Shown here: positions 62,162-64,000 of the stretch, one piece after another | Numbering within the stretch: the first letter of the stretch is position 1 | How the letters are laid out: the number at the start of each line of letters is the position of its first letter | Source: Phoronis australis | Taxonomy: Eukaryota > Animalia > Phoronida | Length of the DNA stretch: 64,000 nt | NCBI GenBank assembly: GCA_002633005.1 | Contig: NMRA01000818.1 | Span: 32,485 to 96,484, forward strand | Direction of reading: 5' to 3' | Notes under the pieces: model-generated | Database searches by the model: none | What the model saw: the letters and a program-made list of their open reading frames with translations, nothing else | Told to the model about the DNA's origin: nothing | Made by a program: the position numbers and the translations under genes

Positions 62162-64000
62162 AATGATTTTGTACCCGCTGGGTATATTTGGTATGGATTA
62201 GTAGAATATTGCGTAAGAAAACTCTTGATAATAATGCCAGTGCGTTTTGAAAAAACATCAATGTAAAATTGGATTTATTGAAAATTGGAAAAATACGATA
62301 TTTTTAAAAAATGAACTACAATAAGAACTTTTTCCGATTTTTGTCACTTTCAGAGTTATGTCCAACTATTTAAAACCCCCTTTTTAATTTAGATAGAAAC
62401 CTGGAGATTGACCACTGTATACACCCCCTTAAGGATTTTTTATTAAGTACCAGTTGATTCATTTTTAATAGATCTCAAATGTACGACATAAAGATGCGCC
62501 GCTATACCAGGTAAGCACTCTCTATCTTTGTAAGACTGACTATGAACCAGTGTGGCAATTATTTTTAGCTAATCAAACGACAAGCAAATTAGTTGCATAC
62601 TTGTAATTTCTATGATTAGTTTGATATATTTATAGGGACATTGTCACCTTCTTATAATCCAATATGCATCTTTTTGACACTGTGTGGTACTATTCAAACC
62701 TGTCATTTTGATTGCTGTCGTTTCATGTTGAGGCTGTACTAGACTACTGTTGCTTTGGGGACATGATTCAAAGTTGTGCCAATTACAGAACAACCTTCTA
62801 AAAGACTGCAGCCCTCCTAATGCTTAATATTTCACTCAGTAATGGAGGTACGTGTTTCTTCTTTCTCCTTCTTTTTTCTCAAATGTCTACTTTTTGTTGA
62901 GATTTGTCAATGAATAAATTCTTAAATATAGTCATCTAGTTAGAACTAAAATACAATGCAGTAGTCATGCTAACTGTACCAGGTTGATTTTTCAGATTGA
63001 ACAATAGCTCCACCAATTGCACCAAGAAATGTGCTATTCAAGAAATGTAATGTGCTATTCAAGAAAGGTTAGCTTGAAATGAAGGTAAGTAGTAACCGCT
63101 TCATTGATCCCTTTCATAAACCAAGCTGTGAGTTAGTAGGCATATGTTGCATATATGAGGCTCCCCTGGTACATAAGATGTTGACCATGAAATTGGGTCA
63201 CTTATGAGCCCAGGAACAAAACACTTAACACTTAAGTTACGGGAATTCAATTCTGTAGTGTATGTGAAATTGTGATAACAAGCTCCTTATTTATTGAACT
63301 CTAGATCCTGGGTTTATATTCATTGTATCACTCAATAACAAATAGTTTTACTGTCTGATTGTGTGTATCAAGACTTAATACTGCAAGGAAAAAATTTTGA
63401 TTATCTAGTTATCTTCTGTAGACTGTAAATGACATGAACTGTTACAGTAGTTCTTGACCTATTACGCACAAAATTAATTGTCAAAATTGTCAGTTATGAA
63501 ATTTTCTAATGCTTCTTACTTATGGGTTATGCAAGACCCTATTGAGGAACGTTAATTCTATGTCAATTGCCAGAAAAACTAGGCTGTGTCAACCAGCAAA
63601 TGTATACATTTTCTGATAGAAGAAAAATCAGGAATTATAAAATTACATTTTATAGTTCTTGTGTTATTAATTCTAACGTGGCCTCCTTTTCAAGTCAAAT
63701 TTTCATTTTTAACAAAGGAACATTCATAACACAAATACCCTTCACTTGATTTTAACAAAATCGTGTTTGAGTGAAAATTCTGAAAATGCTGTAAGGAATT
63801 TGCAGTTACCCATTTAGTTGGGTATGTATGCCAAATTGACTTGCAAAATGTAAGGCATGTTTTTAAGAAAAATAGCAGTCTTGCTCATCTTTGGCACAGT
63901 ACAGTAAAACAAGAAGTTAATCTTTACAGCGTTTTTGAGATAAATAAGTCTTCAAACTGGAAAGTTTCAATGAATTCCACCGAGCCATTTTCAAAAACTC

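Overview
Repeat-rich, AT-rich eukaryotic DNA, most likely from an invertebrate animal. I found no recognisable host gene. The core (about 14-51 kb) is a head-to-tail array with a period of about 7 kb, built around R2A-type non-LTR retrotransposons (3 zinc fingers, Myb, RT, CCHC, restriction-like endonuclease). These copies lie outside rDNA. Five 5' ends keep a 20-nt remnant of the 28S rDNA R2 target site (AGTAtCTATGACTCTCTTAA) followed by a predicted HDV-like ribozyme. All near-full-length copies share one 3' truncation and one in-frame TGA, which points to DNA-level amplification rather than retrotransposition. The spacers are a patchwork of further R2 pieces and degenerate pieces of an intron-containing C2H2 zinc-finger/tyrosine-recombinase (Crypton-like) element, including a 231-236 bp satellite that appears derived from it. 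Nearly every TE coding remnant (Tx1/L1, two Merlin, R2, YR, CR1-like, Penelope) is on the minus strand, suggesting a uni-strand piRNA cluster or TE trap (inference). The flanks carry MITEs, a segmental duplication with copy-specific insertions and a deleted Harbinger element. Assembly gaps at 16703-16769, 34798, 49555 and 56658 make the array copy number uncertain.
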